DNA of 64,000 bases, taken from assembly GCF_026571515.1 (NCBI RefSeq), contig NW_026855520.1, forward strand, positions 1 to 64,000, written 5' to 3'. The notes below the pieces were generated by a model. That model made no database searches. It had not been told where the DNA came from and worked only from the letters and a program-made list of their open reading frames with translations. Below, in pieces: positions 36,848 to 51,100 of the stretch. A program made the translations under genes and the position numbers. The first letter of the stretch is position 1, and each line of letters opens with the position of its first letter. This stretch comes from Ruditapes philippinarum (taxonomy: Eukaryota).

Positions 36848-37085
36848 GGGGCGTACATGGCTGAGTGGTTAACGTCTCTGACTACAAACCACTTGTCCCT
36901 TACCGCTGTTGGTTCGAATCCCGACAGGAATTACGGAACATCGGTAGTTCTTATCAGGTGCTATTCGTGTTGAAATTGAAATAAGCACGGAAGGCAGCGA
37001 TGTCTTATAACTACATGTCCAGTAGAGAGCTGGAACGCGCCATATGGGGCTTCTAATACTAAGTCGGTGTACGCAACAAACCATA
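36848..37085 (+). mobile_element. tRNA-derived SINE (degenerate)
   Basis: A box TGGCTGAGTGG (~36859), B box GGTTCGAATCCC (36911), body similar to the 9037 copy. Confidence 0.7.
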
Positions 37086-37714
37086 CAAAAATAAATGGTG
37101 AAAAGTCATCATTGTTTTCTATTCCTAAATTATAACATCAACGCATTAAAGATGGAATACAAACTGACGATTTGCATCATCTGTGCTTTTCCGTCAAAAC
37201 TATTGATAATGGCAAACTTTGACTTAATTGGCATAAGCTCCATCTAAAATTGAAAAAATGATGGACTTATTGAGAATGAATAAGAAGTTATTAATGAACT
37301 AAATTAACACATTTTATCTAATTTGTAAACTGAAACATAGTTAACTTGTCCTGACCTGTCAATGTTCAGATTAACATGTTTACATGAAAACTGGGAACAG
37401 GAATCACGATTTTTTTAACAAACGCCAGGTTAAATATCGCGTTAAATATGACCCACACAATTACAGGCTAAATGTCATGAGGAATATAGGTTTCATTTAA
37501 CTTACATTAGTGTGATTTGCTTGGATGTTACAGGCGGATGTATCCGCAAATAACAACAAGCATTGACATTTAAAGCATATCTCAACGTTTTTTTAACAAT
37601 TTGGGACCGATTCATGGTAAAGGATGTGTATTTGGTTTAAGTGCAGTGTAGGAGACGCGAAATGGTCTCCATGCCGAATACAATAGGTTTGATATTTTTG
37701 GCTCTAAAGTCAAA

Positions 37715-37912
37715 CAGATACTATATAAGTCATATATGGCGACTTCCCTGCTTTAGTCATTCAGGAAGACTACAAGTCCCTCGTCGTGCATTATATTAAA
37801 TCACTGACGTTCCTCGAGTTAGCCGGGTGATTTTCTCATCTTATAGAATTCAACGTCCCTGGCGGGATTTGAAGTCATAGTGGTAGAGGCAAATGAATTG
37901 AAGTCGACGATT
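37715..37912 (-). mobile_element. Degenerate SINE of the same family
   Basis: GTCATATATGGCGACTTCC..GCTTTA is the reverse complement of the family 3' part, with a decayed B box near 37863. Confidence 0.5.
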
Positions 37913-39488
37913 ATACTTTTTTTGCCTAAAAGAACCCACCGAGCACATAAGCTTTTATATTTCTTGGGCACAGTCGGGAATAAGGGGGTGAGTTTCTTTT
38001 TGACACGGTGTTTTCAAACATGGGTAGTGATTGTTTAAAGCCAGGAGTCTGCGCATTATCTGCTAATCAATGTGCATTAATGTCCGTCCACTTTCATTAG
38101 GCAAAGTATTCATGATAAATCAGAGTTTACAATTGCTAGTCATGAATCATTAATTATGAACAAACGAACAAATAAACAAACGAATTATCAAATACGCATC
38201 AAACCAGTATTTAATCTTTTGCAACTGGAATATGATAGCGACAAAAATAGCTTACGGCAAAAACTCTTAAACAACACTAAACAACAACAACAAAACATTT
38301 TTATAAAGAGAGCAACGTAACAACCCAGAAACAATAGTGAACTATTTATTGCTATTATGTTACAATATCGTAAACTTAGCAAAACTAAGAAAACTTTCGT
38401 CAATCACTCATACATTTTACGATTGTTGTATGTGTTGATATAAAAAAAGATTGAATCGATATTGATACATTAGCTTGCTTTGTTGATATCTAGATTTGTT
38501 GTATTTTTATTTGATATAACATTATGTTTCTTGGTGTTAAATGTATCCTTCTATTGATATAGGAATAGATTTATTATACGTTTTATCAATCTGATTTTGA
38601 TTTGAATCCATATTTTTCATAAAATGTTTAATTTACCATTGCCTTTGTATTAACATATAACGTACTTGCAAATGTAACAATAAATGTTGAAATACTTATA
38701 CATATGTATTATATATTAATACATTACTCTTTGATATTTCATTTGGATTGGCGGCCTTATAGTACAAATTAATGCCTTCATATTAAAATATGTAATTTTC
38801 AAACAGGGGCAAATTATAAAAAAGTAAAGACTTTTATCAAGTTTAACATGACAGTTCTGATCGATGTTTTATGGTTTGGTTGGGTTTAACGTCACACAAA
38901 TACTGTGAGAAAATATGGAGAGTTTCCAGCTTTAAATGGTTGAGGACTTAAGGTTCCATATCGCGCATTGTGAACTATCGACTAAATTGCCGATGGTTAG
39001 TTATCACCAGAACACGGTTGAAAATACTTAAGGATTATTTCAAAAAATCTATGAAACTGGTATCATCAACTTCATCTGAGTTTAACCAACGTAACTAAGA
39101 GATAATGAGAGTGCTTATCACATTAAACAGCAATTATTTTAAGCACAAACGGGACCCTAAGAAGAACCATCGGCGTTATGTCACCTAGCCGAAAGCTTCC
39201 TTGGAAATAAGAAAGCAACGTTTTTAAAGGGTTAAGGAAACAAGGCAACCACCGAATTGATTCCTTTCCTGTTGGATGGAATTCAGTTTTTCTGTATAAT
39301 TTAATAAAAAGAAACTTCTTTTTTTCTTTCGACCGCGCTTAAAGATATTCTGGAGTAGAAAAAAGATTAAAAGTATTCTGCAACTGAAAATACTAGTAGT
39401 CCTCAACCCAAATAAAATATATGTTAACGGTACACGTTTCAACATATTTCCTATCTCTACGTGTGATCAACGTGTTAGATTCGCCAGC

Positions 39489-40345
39489 TTTTTATCTCCC
39501 GCCGAAAAGGCGGCGGGGGATACACATGTATAGAAATAGTCTCCGTCCGTCCGTTCGTCCTTCCGTCCCACATTTTTGTCCGGAGCATATCTCAAAAAGG
39601 TTTTGAGGTATCAACTTGAAACTTCATAGGTTAACAGATCATATTGAGGAGGAGTGCATTGCATTAGAATGATAATTCTTTCCTTCATATTTTTTCAGTT
39701 ATTGCCCTTTGTTATTTTTCAAACTTAATTTTTTGTCCAGAACATAACTCAAAATGCCTTTGAGATATCAACATGAAACTTAATAGGTGGATAGATCTCT
39801 CTCAGGAGGTGTGCAATGCACAAGAATGATAACTCAACCCTTCATAATTTTTGAGTTATTGCCCTTTGTTATTTTTCATGCTTAATTTTTAATGAGTATA
39901 GCATAACTCAAAAAGTCTTTGAGCTGTCAACATGAAACTTCATAGGTGGATAGATCTTATTGAGGAGGAATGCTGTGCGCAACAATGATAACTCTATCCT
40001 ACTCTTTATAAATTTTGAGTTATTGCCCTTTGTTATTTTTCTGCTTTTTGTACAGAGCTTCTCTCAAAAAGTGTTAGAGGTATCAACTTGAAATTTCATA
40101 GGTGGATAGATCTCATTGAGATGGAGTGCAGCACACAAGAATGATACTCTTTCTGCATTATTTTTCAGTAATTGCCTTTAGTTATTTTCAGCCATCAGTA
40201 TTCACATAGGTTTCAAACTTGTAATCACTTCAGCCATCAGTTTTCATTACCAAATTAAAGACCTCTTACTGCTCTACTACATATACATTCTTCTAATGAG
40301 CAAACAAATTCGGCGGGGTATGGCCATGTTAACATGGCTGTTGTT
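39489..40345 (+). mobile_element. HINE-like element with four tandem repeats of ~157 bp
   Basis: Subterminal inverted repeat CCCGCCGAA / TTCGGCGGG, (TCCG)n microsatellite, units near 39620, 39776, 39935 and 40091, terminal palindrome GCCATGTTAACATGGC. Confidence 0.85.
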
Positions 40346-41142
40346 GAAATTTGCATCAGCGTTTTTCCCACCCGTCATAAAGCCACCATAATTAGCCTGA
40401 TATAAGGAAACAACAAGTTAACTGCTGCAGTCCTGACTGCAAATAAATTTACCTCAGGTCAACACAAAAACAGCTAGCATGAATCCCGAAAATTATTACA
40501 ATAAATGATTCTGGTAAGTCTCACCAGATAAAGGCCTTGAAAACACTGATGATGAAGCGATACGTTTGAAATGATTAACTTTACCATTACAACTGTGTTA
40601 GTTACAAGTGTTGTTTAAGACATTATTTGTACGACTTGTTTATGGCATAATTCTGAATAAAATTGCGCCGTCTATTAAATTTGTTGGTTATACATGTGTA
40701 TATTATATTTGACAAACAAAACTAAACCCGGAAGATTACATTTTCTTTGCTTTTTAGGTCACACCAACAGTCTTAAGGTCATTTTTATACTCTAAATCAC
40801 TTGCCCTCTCAGCGCTATGGGTTCGGGTCCTAAAATAATATTATCTCATGAGATGAATGAATGCCGCTATCCCGCTAGCCTACGTAAAGTCAGTACTGCT
40901 TAAGTGCCCTCTCATGTCTAAAATAAACTTTAATTTAAATAAAAATACAAAACAGGGACATTAGTTAGATATCTTACATTATGCAATTTTTGTTTTATCT
41001 AACATTTTTATTTAGCTACTTTATTTCAGCTTATCAGCAAATGACAATGCGAATCTTAAATATCGTGTGAACAAATAACCACACTTAATGTGTCTTTTCA
41101 TTTTGTCGTAAAGCACTGTTAGCACATTTTTCAATCATCACG

Positions 41143-44100
41143 ATGGAATTACAGAACGTACTTGCTTGTATTTTTGTCTTAACGGTGATTTCGTCTACAA
41201 CCGGCCAACATGTTGTTGATGGAAATACACTGACAGAAATAATGACGGAGTTGAAGAGTTTGAAAGAGGCTCAAAATGTGCTAGATAAGTCTTCAGAGAT
41301 ACGTGATCTGAAATTTCGCGTTTTGGCTTTGGAAAATACTGTGGACGGCCTACTAGATACAGTGAAAATGTTGCAAAACGATAATAAAGAACTTGTATCC
41401 GAGATCCATCAACTACAAAATGAGAAACTACACACTTCAGTGTTGAAGGTACGAGTAATTTATCCTATCAACCAACAAAATTTTGTTAGTTTTGTCCTAT
41501 TACCGACGAACGGTATAAGGTTGCTATGCATGTTTAAGTATGGAATGCGGGGGTCAGGGGTTTTAGTTTAGTACATATTAGTAAGGGAGGGAGAAGGGGT
41601 TTCGAAAAAGTATATATATGTTTTTGGTTTCCTGTACACCTTGATTTCTTGTTTTTCTTTACAGTTTTCAGAAACATATTCAATTCGTCAATTTTTGCCT
41701 TGAAAAAGAACATTATGTCATGTGCTAAATCAATTTGCCCTTTGCTCAGCTAGTTGATGTCACTCTCAAATAAGAAATATATTTCATTAATATATTACAG
41801 ACTGACATAAATCAGCCAAAAACAGATTTGAATGAAGAGATTGACTACAAAGCAGATCTAGAAGTCACGACGGATCTACACGGAAAAGAAAATATGGAGA
41901 TAAAGAATCATATAAGCAGTATGCATGCTACATATAGCCTATAAACAACCTAAAGTTTTATCAGTTACAAAGATTTTCGACAAGCTATATGACCTTATAT
42001 AAACGGCTGTTTATAACCAGAGACGCTAGGCGAGTGTTATATTTAAAACAACCGGTTCTATACGGCGATATAACTTATCAGGAATCTTTATAACGAATTT
42101 ACAATACAGCAAGCTTCTTTTTTATAAAAAAGTGAAATATCTAAGCAGCCGTTTATATAACACTACATGTATATAAACGTCACGATAATCAAATGAAAAA
42201 CGCCATTACAAACGTGCAGTATTATAAATCTTATTATAACCGATAACATATTTATTGACAGAAGCCAGTCCTTCTGTAATGCTAATAATTTCGTTTTTAA
42301 AATTATAATGGAACATTCGGTGCCCTAGTGTGGTGGCACTGTGTTGCTGGATTTGTCGATGGGTACGTTCTTTAATTGTTACTCTGCCTTGACAATCTTT
42401 TTTCTCATACCTGACAAGCAAGCTGCTTTATCTTCGATATGTAAATGTATATTTTATAAATATGAATATGTATATAATAAAGGAAATAAATACTATAATG
42501 TATGGTAATTCAACTCAAATAATGTTTCTTCATGAAAGATTAGGTCAGAAGTTTCAAATCGCTCTTTTGTATTCTTCACAGAAACAATGGGAAAACGTGC
42601 GTTTACCTTCTCGCCAACACTTCCTGCAACATCTCCGCCACAACCAGGTATGAATTTATCGACATACAGTACGTTGCATATGTATTTTGAATTGCCCAAA
42701 CACTGAAACAAATACAACTAGAAATGTGTCGTCACGCTACGGATGCCCCCGCATGCAGCCAAAATTTCAAATGTTATAATATTTCGTTCCAAATTTGTTT
42801 TCACATTTAAAGTTCAAAGCCCTTAAAACTATTCAATGTTAACACAGATCATTTTATACAAAGTTCAAGGCACTGAAACTATTTAGTGTTAACCTTTAGT
42901 AAATTGCATATAGCATATGTGTAGCCAAAATAATGAATACATGCATTTCCACAAAAGTATGAGTGCTGAAATTTTTCCAATATTCAAGAGAGATAACTTT
43001 GTCCAAAATCATTCAACCACAGCCAAATTCAAACTTGAACAGCTTATTCCTAAGATGTATCTATAAAATGTATCTATATGTCAAATATGAGTTGACTGTG
43101 TATAACCATTGGGGAGATAATGAACAGAAACTAAAAATTTCTGATTTTTTTTTCAAAGTACAAGAGGGATAACTCTGTCAGCTATCATCAAAACCATGAC
43201 CAAATTTGAACTTGACCTGTGCATTCCTTTGACATATCCATATGTCAAATTTGAGTTGAATGTGTAATACCCTTGAGGTGATAATGAAGGGAAACTGAAA
43301 ATTTCTAATTATTTTCAAAGTGAAAGGGGCATAACTCAAGTTCGAATTTGGTCATGGTTTGATGATTTTTGGCAGAGAAATGCCACTTTTACCTTGGAAA
43401 AAAAGAAAGAAATTTTCAGTTTCCGTGCATTATCTCCCCAACAGTTGTACATATTCAACTCAAATTTAACATATGGATATGTAATAAGAATACACTGGTC
43501 ATGCTCGAATTTGGTCATGGTTTGATGATAGCATACAGAGTTATCCCTCATGAACTTTGAAAAAAATCAGAAATTTTTAGTTTCCGTTCATTATCTCCCA
43601 AATGGCTGTACACATTCAACTCAAATTTGACATATACATACATCTAAGGAATCAGCAGTTCAAGATGGTTCGATGATTTTGGATTAAGTAATCATCGTAC
43701 CATCGCGCTTTCACCATCATACCATCGTGTTTCATCATCGTACCATCGCGTTTTCATCATCGTACCATCGCGTTTTCACCATCGTGTCATCGCGTTTTCA
43801 CCATCGTCCCATTGCGTTTTCACCATCGTTCCATCGTACCATCGCCTTTCGGTCAGTATAATCAGTACACATACAGAAAGATGTCAGATTCTGTTAAGGT
43901 AGATATTAAAAAACAAGTTTAGAATACTTGATATTTAATTTTAGTTATAAATAATAAAACTTGTTATCTTTACAAAAAATTATGATGTGATACTGTATAT
44001 AGATCAACGACTATTTAATATATGGTTATATGCTATATATATGTTTGCATTTTTTCTCTTGCTTTATTTTATATATCGACTTAAAACTTTACATGTACAG

Positions 44101-46178
44101 TCCACAAGGATGACAACTTCGTTTTAATTTTTGAGTGATTGCCTTTTGTTAATTTCATGTTCCAAACACTAAGATCTAAAAGATACACAAATAGAAAGGG
44201 TGTGCGGTTCAATAATAAGAAGGCATACATTGTTGATTAAAATATAGCATTGCGCATGACCACCGGAAGACGATGGCACGTTGGTGAAAATGCGATGGTC
44301 CGATGGTGAAAACGCGATGGCACGATCGTGAAAACGCGATGGTACGATGGTGAAAACGCTATTGCACGATGGTGAAACATCGCGCTTTCACTATCGTACT
44401 ATCGCGCCATCGTGTTTTCACCAACGTACCATCGCGTTTTCATCATCGTACCATCGTGTTTTCACCAACGTACCATCGCGTTTTCACCACCGTACTATCT
44501 CGCTTTCACCATCGTACCATCGTATCACAATGGTACGATGGTGAAATCGCGATGGCGCGATAGTACGATAGTGAAAGCGCGATGTTACATCGCGTTTTCA
44601 CCATCGTACCATTGTGATTTCACCATCGTACCATCGCGTTTCCACCATCGTACCATCGCACCATCGTGTTTTCATCATCGTGCCATCGCGTTTTCACCAT
44701 CGTTCCATCGCGTTTTCACCATCGTGCCATCGCGCTTTCACCACCGTACTATCTCGCTTTCACCATCGTACCATCGCGCTTTCACCATCATCTTTTTTTC
44801 ATTTTTTCATCCGTCCGTCTGTCTATATGTCTGTCATTTCGTCCATTCAAAGAAATCTTGATCCGATGAGAACTTAAAACTTACAAAAACTATGTTCATG
44901 ATGCTTGATACATGTATGTGGACAGAGGGACTTAAAAAGCACAAAAGATAAGTTGATGATACTTAATATATAGATCGGGGACCAAGAAATCTAGGTCCTG
45001 CTATAACACAAAAAGTTCAAAGGGGAGGCTGAAGATACTTAGTATGTAGATAGAGGACCATATGGAGATTATGTATGGCATATAAATGTTTTTAATGTGG
45101 TTGCTATGGTTATAGAAATTACTAAAATAAACAACAACAATGAAATTTGATACATTACAAACATCCTGTAATTACTCATAACATTAAATTTAAAGTATGT
45201 TGTAATTAATGATGTAACAACATTTAAGTGAAAGTTTATAAACGTGTACAATTATTCTTCTAAAACAATTTCCAAACCTCCAAGAATATGTTAAATATGT
45301 ACTGCAAATGTTTATTCGCATAATAAATAATCTGTAAAATATATGCATTAAAAATTTGGTTACGTCTTTATCGAAAATAAATTTCTAATTACCTCTCTTT
45401 ATTTACATGAAATGTACATTCGGTAATATCTTTACAAATAATGCTTTTTGGACCTTACAATATTGCTATATCTTCATTTGAGCATCATATTAATGATACA
45501 AAACCTTAAAAAATTTGAGTTACAGGATCTTTAACATTTGTTCCCATGATGTAAAAGTAATGTCAATTTCCTAATTTTTGCATAATTTCTTCCTAGTTAT
45601 GTGTCAGAAATAAATTCTTTAAAAGTGAATTTACATGAGTTAATTGAGGTAGAGAATATGACAGCATAGGTAGAGGGCTACTAAAATGTCTGTGACAATC
45701 TCTTGTTGTCTTGATTGCTAGAAAATTACATCTTACGTTAAAAACATTTTCTAACATTACAGGTAACCCTGTGAATATTGCTTTTTCGGCCGCTTTATCA
45801 CAAAGTGAAGTTGACCTTAGACAAGGCGATACGATTATTTTCGACAAAGTGTTTGCAAACATAGGAAGTGCTTACAATTCCAACACCGGTGTAATCACTG
45901 CTCCCACCAAAGGCGCATACTTGGTGTCACTAGCCATGTCAATCGAGAATGGACAGAAATTTTATTTAGTACTGACGAAAGAAGGCGTGCATTTATTCGA
46001 TATTTATGCTGACAGTACTACTAATAACGAATTCACGTCTACAACCAAAGAATGGATTATCGATTTAAACCAAGGGGATAGTGTCTGGGTTCGCAGTGGA
46101 ACAAATGGCCAGCTTCATGGAAATTTACATTCAATGATTACTGGTTTTCTATTGTTTGAGACCAACTATATAAATTAA
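41143..46178 (+). CDS. Secreted C1q-domain-containing protein (signal peptide, coiled coil, linker, gC1q), 301 aa. Exons 41143-41448, 41801-41918, 42582-42647, 45763-46178
   Basis: GT-AG junctions with phases 0/1/1 join into one open frame of 906 nt. Heptad-rich exon 1. C1q motifs IAFSA, IIFDKVFANIGSAYNSNTGVITAP..GAY, LNQGDSVWV and GFLL. AATAAA at 46195. Confidence 0.9.
41925..42250. mobile_element. Degenerate long-hairpin element in C1q intron 2
   Basis: Imperfect fold-back ~41960-42095 (AAAGATTTTCGACAAGCTATAT / ATATAACTTATCAGGAATCTTT). Confidence 0.45.
42716..43692. mobile_element. Two fragments of the 52589-53998 HINE family fused in opposite orientation at 43335/43336
   Basis: 42716-43335 is the reverse complement of that element's 3' end. 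43336-43692 is the same core unit in forward orientation. Confidence 0.8.
43693..44790. repeat. 22-bp minisatellite (CACCATCGTACCATCGCGTTTT) arrays in alternating orientation around an AT-rich spacer
   Basis: Forward 43693-43848, spacer, reverse 44270-44378, forward to ~44525, reverse ~44530-44585, forward to 44790. Confidence 0.9.
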
Positions 46179-49100
46179 AACATTCAGATGTTGTAATAAA
46201 CTCTTCCATTTTATTTGTTTAATAAGAATTCAGATTGATGTGCCCTTACCTAATCCAATTTAAAACAAAGTTGCTTAAATGTGCCTTGCATACTCGTATT
46301 GTATCGAATCACCCATTTAAACATTCAGTTTGAATATCTTATAAATCTATTAAAGCCAAAGTCAAAGCTGAAACTAATTTGTTTAATCATTACCACGCTT
46401 ACGCTTAATATCCAAAATGAATAGTCCATTTTTCAAATTGGACATTACCATTCATCATTTTCAAAATAAGTGCTAATTTAACTGAATAGCGAACAGTGGC
46501 ACAGATTGTTCGTCAGATCATTGTCTGCACTTTTCTCACGGCTAGAACCAAATGCCTCTTACAGGCCAATTGTTCATTAGGATAATAAATTCTATGAAAA
46601 TAATCGGATTTTAATTCTGTATATAAAAACAAAAGTGCATTCGAAGCATTATATAGTACATGTATGTTAGAAAGAATGAGCACAATAACATTGATTCCTT
46701 TAAGGAAGCAACTTAAAACTGCTTCGTCTAAAAATCCTGAAACAAAGTGATCCCACGGAAGCATTTATCACAACAAAATTATATAAAAATTGCAGACTCG
46801 GTTTGATTGCGTCTGTACATGATGGATAATGAATAAGTGCAACATCCCTCACGCCCCCTAGCACCAGCTTGAGCGGTACTCAATTCTCAACACTTAATAG
46901 TGCTGGCATCAATGATCCCGAAGGAACAGAAAAATATAACAACACTGAGGTGAAGTACGGCTGCACACAGCACTTGACACCTGCTGTTGTGAAGTATAAA
47001 AATCTGGAATCGAAGTGATCCCTCGGAAGCATTAATCGCAACAAAATTATATGAAAATTGCAGACTCTGTTTGATTGAGTCTAAACACAAATTCTGATCA
47101 TAGACCTACAAAGAAACATTAAATATTCAGTCTTTCATTTTAAGTTATCTGAAAGAAATAATATGCAAGCATTTGCAAGTGTATGTAATGCACCAGCTAA
47201 TTGTGATTATAGTCCTCCAACCAACGGGAATTACGGAGGCTTTTGACTTTTGAATGACCATACACTTGAAGTTTGATGCAAAATTGGTAACTCTGGAAGT
47301 GATACAAAATTTTAGACGTATAAAAAAATGTATCATTAATGAAAATGAGGGTATGCGCATCAGACTTAAGTGTCAAATATCATATCCATATTTCAACGAG
47401 CCGAAGACATAAAAAAAAGTTTATTTCTGTAGGAAGAGTAAACATATATTTTATAATATTGTATTAATGGATATTTAGAACATGTGTGACAATTTTGGGT
47501 ACTAATTAACAGTAAAATATAACTAATAGCATTTAAGGCCTTTAATATATACACCGGTAGTAATAATTAAAAGCTGACATGTCGCTGCAAGCTAAATATA
47601 GATCGTCGGTGCTCAATCCTAATTCAATGATAGGAGAAACACTTATTTACAAGATTTACACATTCACGATCCAAATTATATTTTATGTTGCTAAATTCAG
47701 CATCTCGCATTAAATGCTATCAGGCGTATATTATACAATATGATATTTAAAAACTGCCAATCTCAAAAACAACCTATTTTGAAAATTATTTTCGTGAGCT
47801 ATACTGTATTCACTTGATTTATTAGTTTGAAAATAAAGAGTCTTATTAATATTCGATATCTTCTATCCGCCTATAGAATGCGCAACAAATATAACTTATA
47901 ACTTTTTTTATTTATGGGTCAAATTTAACGATTTTCTGCATGTGTAATTATTTTAACATTATCAATTATCAGATCAAGAAAAAAAACCTGAAAAATATTA
48001 AAAAATGAAAAAATGAAAATATATGAGTCATATTCATAGATATGACTTTCGTAGAAAATAAAACTAATACTTATAAATTAAAAAGAGAAAGACCCTGGTC
48101 AAAATTAACTGAAATTAACTGTTTTTTGGCATTAATTATTATTTTTTAACTATAACACATCATAGCAAGAAAAACAAACAAAAAAACATAAAATAAGTTT
48201 GAAAACAGCAAGATCTTGTTATATACAGGTTTGACCGACTAAATTTTTCACAAAATAATGTCCCGAAGGATGAAAATCCCCTTTTAACTGAAATTTTCAA
48301 CTGATGGCATAATTAATACTTTTCTAAACATGAAAAATTATCCTAGATACTTATGAATCACTTCATTTTCTTAAAAACCAATTCTGCAGTTTAGTGTTAG
48401 TTTTATTAAATAAATTTCATACTTGTAAACATCACATTTTCATTTAATAACCTGATGTTATATTGAATCTTACGGGGTTCCCTGCTCTTTTTTGCAGCCA
48501 ATCGATCTGTAATCTGACCGTCAGACTGTTTTTAGAAACTACTTTTAGTTGCTTTTGACCTATTCGAAAACGATTCTCATGGCCTATGTATGCACCCCGT
48601 AAGTAAACTTCCGTTTGACAGCAAAACAGGATTTTCATGGTTATTTTAACGTTTTTCTGAATAAATGTTGTGAATTGTTAGATTCAAACTGGTTAAAAAT
48701 ATATCATACCCAAGGTAGGAAATGTTTCATTTAATGTTTGATCGAGTAAAATATCAACAACTGGTGCCTAGTCATGTTTGTAAAGGTGTAGAGTAGTCGG
48801 ATACAACATTTTGGATGAGGAAATTTTTTGTTCTTAGAGATAATACGATGCTGTCCGGTAATCTTGCGCACCTAAACACTTATCGGCTAATTTACTACAA
48901 TTCAAATAAATACAAAATAATCAAAATTATTTTCCTATTTGCAAAAATCATAAAGACATATAATGACACCCAAATATTTTTTTTGGAAAATACTCAATTA
49001 ACTGCAGAATTGCAAACAAGTTGTAAACACTTACCACCATGTTTAATCCAACATTTCAATTGTCCCCGGTGATCTTGCGCATTTAATGAATGACGTATTG

Positions 49101-51100
49101 GTACTTGTTTTTAAAGTTTATGGGTCCCCAGTAGTACTTCAATTATAAATTTTTGTGATTTCCAAATTAATGAAAAGTTAATTTTAAACTGTTTTAAAAA
49201 AAAAACTGTAACACAAACTTATTTTACATCAAGGGTTTGTTTATTTTACTGTCACACTTAATCACACCCTGGGACACCTGAAAAACATCACTACAAGTCC
49301 AAATCGTTCAATTTCTGTACCATAAATTTCAAAGAATGCCTTGACTACACACCCAGTACAAACCCCCAGTTAACAAATTAAATCTTTGTGTTGACACCTT
49401 TTAGTAATTTTACGCTTCCTAGAAAAAAAATTGAAAACCGGGAGGGCTTCCATTTTACAAAATGCGTGGAATCGGCAGGAGATTAAAAATGAATACATCT
49501 TTATTTGCAAAGGGGAAAAAAAAATTTACACCGTTTAAGCGGTTGCAATCTTGTTTAAAATCTGTATGTGATATTTTTTTAAATACTTACTGGACGTGAA
49601 ATTTTGAACTGATTGAATTTAAACTAGAATTATAATGGGAAAATAGTCGGGGGGCTGTTATGAATAAAAAATTAGGATGACGAAAATAATGAAAAAAATG
49701 TTTGACAGATATTTTTTAACTTTCTTACCTTGTTATAACTCAAAGTAAGTCCAAGTCCAAATTTTGGTGAAAAATTCTAGCGACAGCATAAACAAACAAC
49801 CAAACGAAAGGAAATTTCTCAAGGCGCAAGTAATCACCGCCGCGCAAGACCCCCAACATGATGTAAATACTACACTAATTGATTTAGTTGAAAAATTTAC
49901 ATTTTTATGTTATATGAAAAAGGGCAAAGCTCAAAAAAGCGAGCTCGATTTTCTTTTACCGTAAGATAGTTTAAAATAATCGTTAATTTTTATTTTACAT
50001 TTTCCGTTTTAAAATTGTCATTCGGTATTTTATACGCTGCTTCCGTTTATTCTGGTTCCCCCTTTCTATTATGGTTCCTATATAAGTGCGCAGGACACCA
50101 GTCTACGCTTCCGTTTTCAATCAGAGTACATGGGCTTTTATCGTTATCTTGTAATTCGAAAAGTTGCGATGTGTCCAATTCGGTACTTCGGACGAAAGTT
50201 TTCAAAACCATCACTTAGCAGGTACTCGCGTTACAGTAAAGCTCGCTTTGCTAGCAGGCCCTTCGGGCCAGCTCGTCGAGCTCGCTATAAAGACTAATTC
50301 TATAATGAATTACCTAATCACATTCATTAATTATTTATTAGTCCAACTAATAAGACTTGTCAGAGACAACGAGATAATTTTTGGACAGGCAGTCTTTTTC
50401 CAACGGTATGAAAAAGTTTGTAAAATGGGTCAATCCATTCATGCTGAATAAATTAGGCTACTTGTTAATGGAAAGATAGTGTTTGGGAAATTAGCTTTGT
50501 TATTTAGGCAGTGGCTAGCCATATGGGCCCATAATCATAATCCATTAAAGATTTTGATTATATATTATAATATATATTATACAGGGTGTTCACTAGCCAT
50601 GAAATCCTTAGGGTCATTTTGACTAAGTTTGACCGACTACAAGGCAAAATCCCCATGATTTTAACAAAATTTGACCCTCCAGTTAAAATCCTGAGGGTCA
50701 AATCTGGCCTTTTGGAAATTTGAAGGGTCAGAGAGTCATTTCAAGACTCAAACGGATACCCCATACATGTATATATATACTTTTATTTTTAATTAGAAAA
50801 AAAGTTTCTGGTGTAATGAAGTGGTGACCCAATAGAGTTATGACCTGTCATGTAACTGCACATGTTGCTATAATTAGATAAACATCAGCAAAGCCAATAT
50901 ATCTTGCATTAATCTTTGGCATTAACAATATTATCAATACACATAACATAAATTTCTTTTGTGATAATTTAATGTCTCACAGTCTGCAAGATTTTTTTAA
51001 AAAATAATTCTTAAGAATCTGTGTATTTAAATAATGGTATTTATACTCGTTTAATATTTTTCTGTCTTTTTGTTTAAGCAGGTTTCTCTCAGGTTTGATA

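Noticed and set aside
39156-39200. CTAAGAAG..CGGC..GCCGAAAGCT hammerhead-like remnant
   Set aside because: The core box is not CUGANGA and stem I is not evident.
40546-40575. Second CTGATGA...GAAA hammerhead-like motif
   Set aside because: A stem II can be drawn, but there is no stem I partner after a cleavage triplet.
44347-44877. Five overlapping His/Arg/Pro-rich ORFs
   Set aside because: These are translations of the 22-bp minisatellite, lie inside a C1q intron and show no domain.
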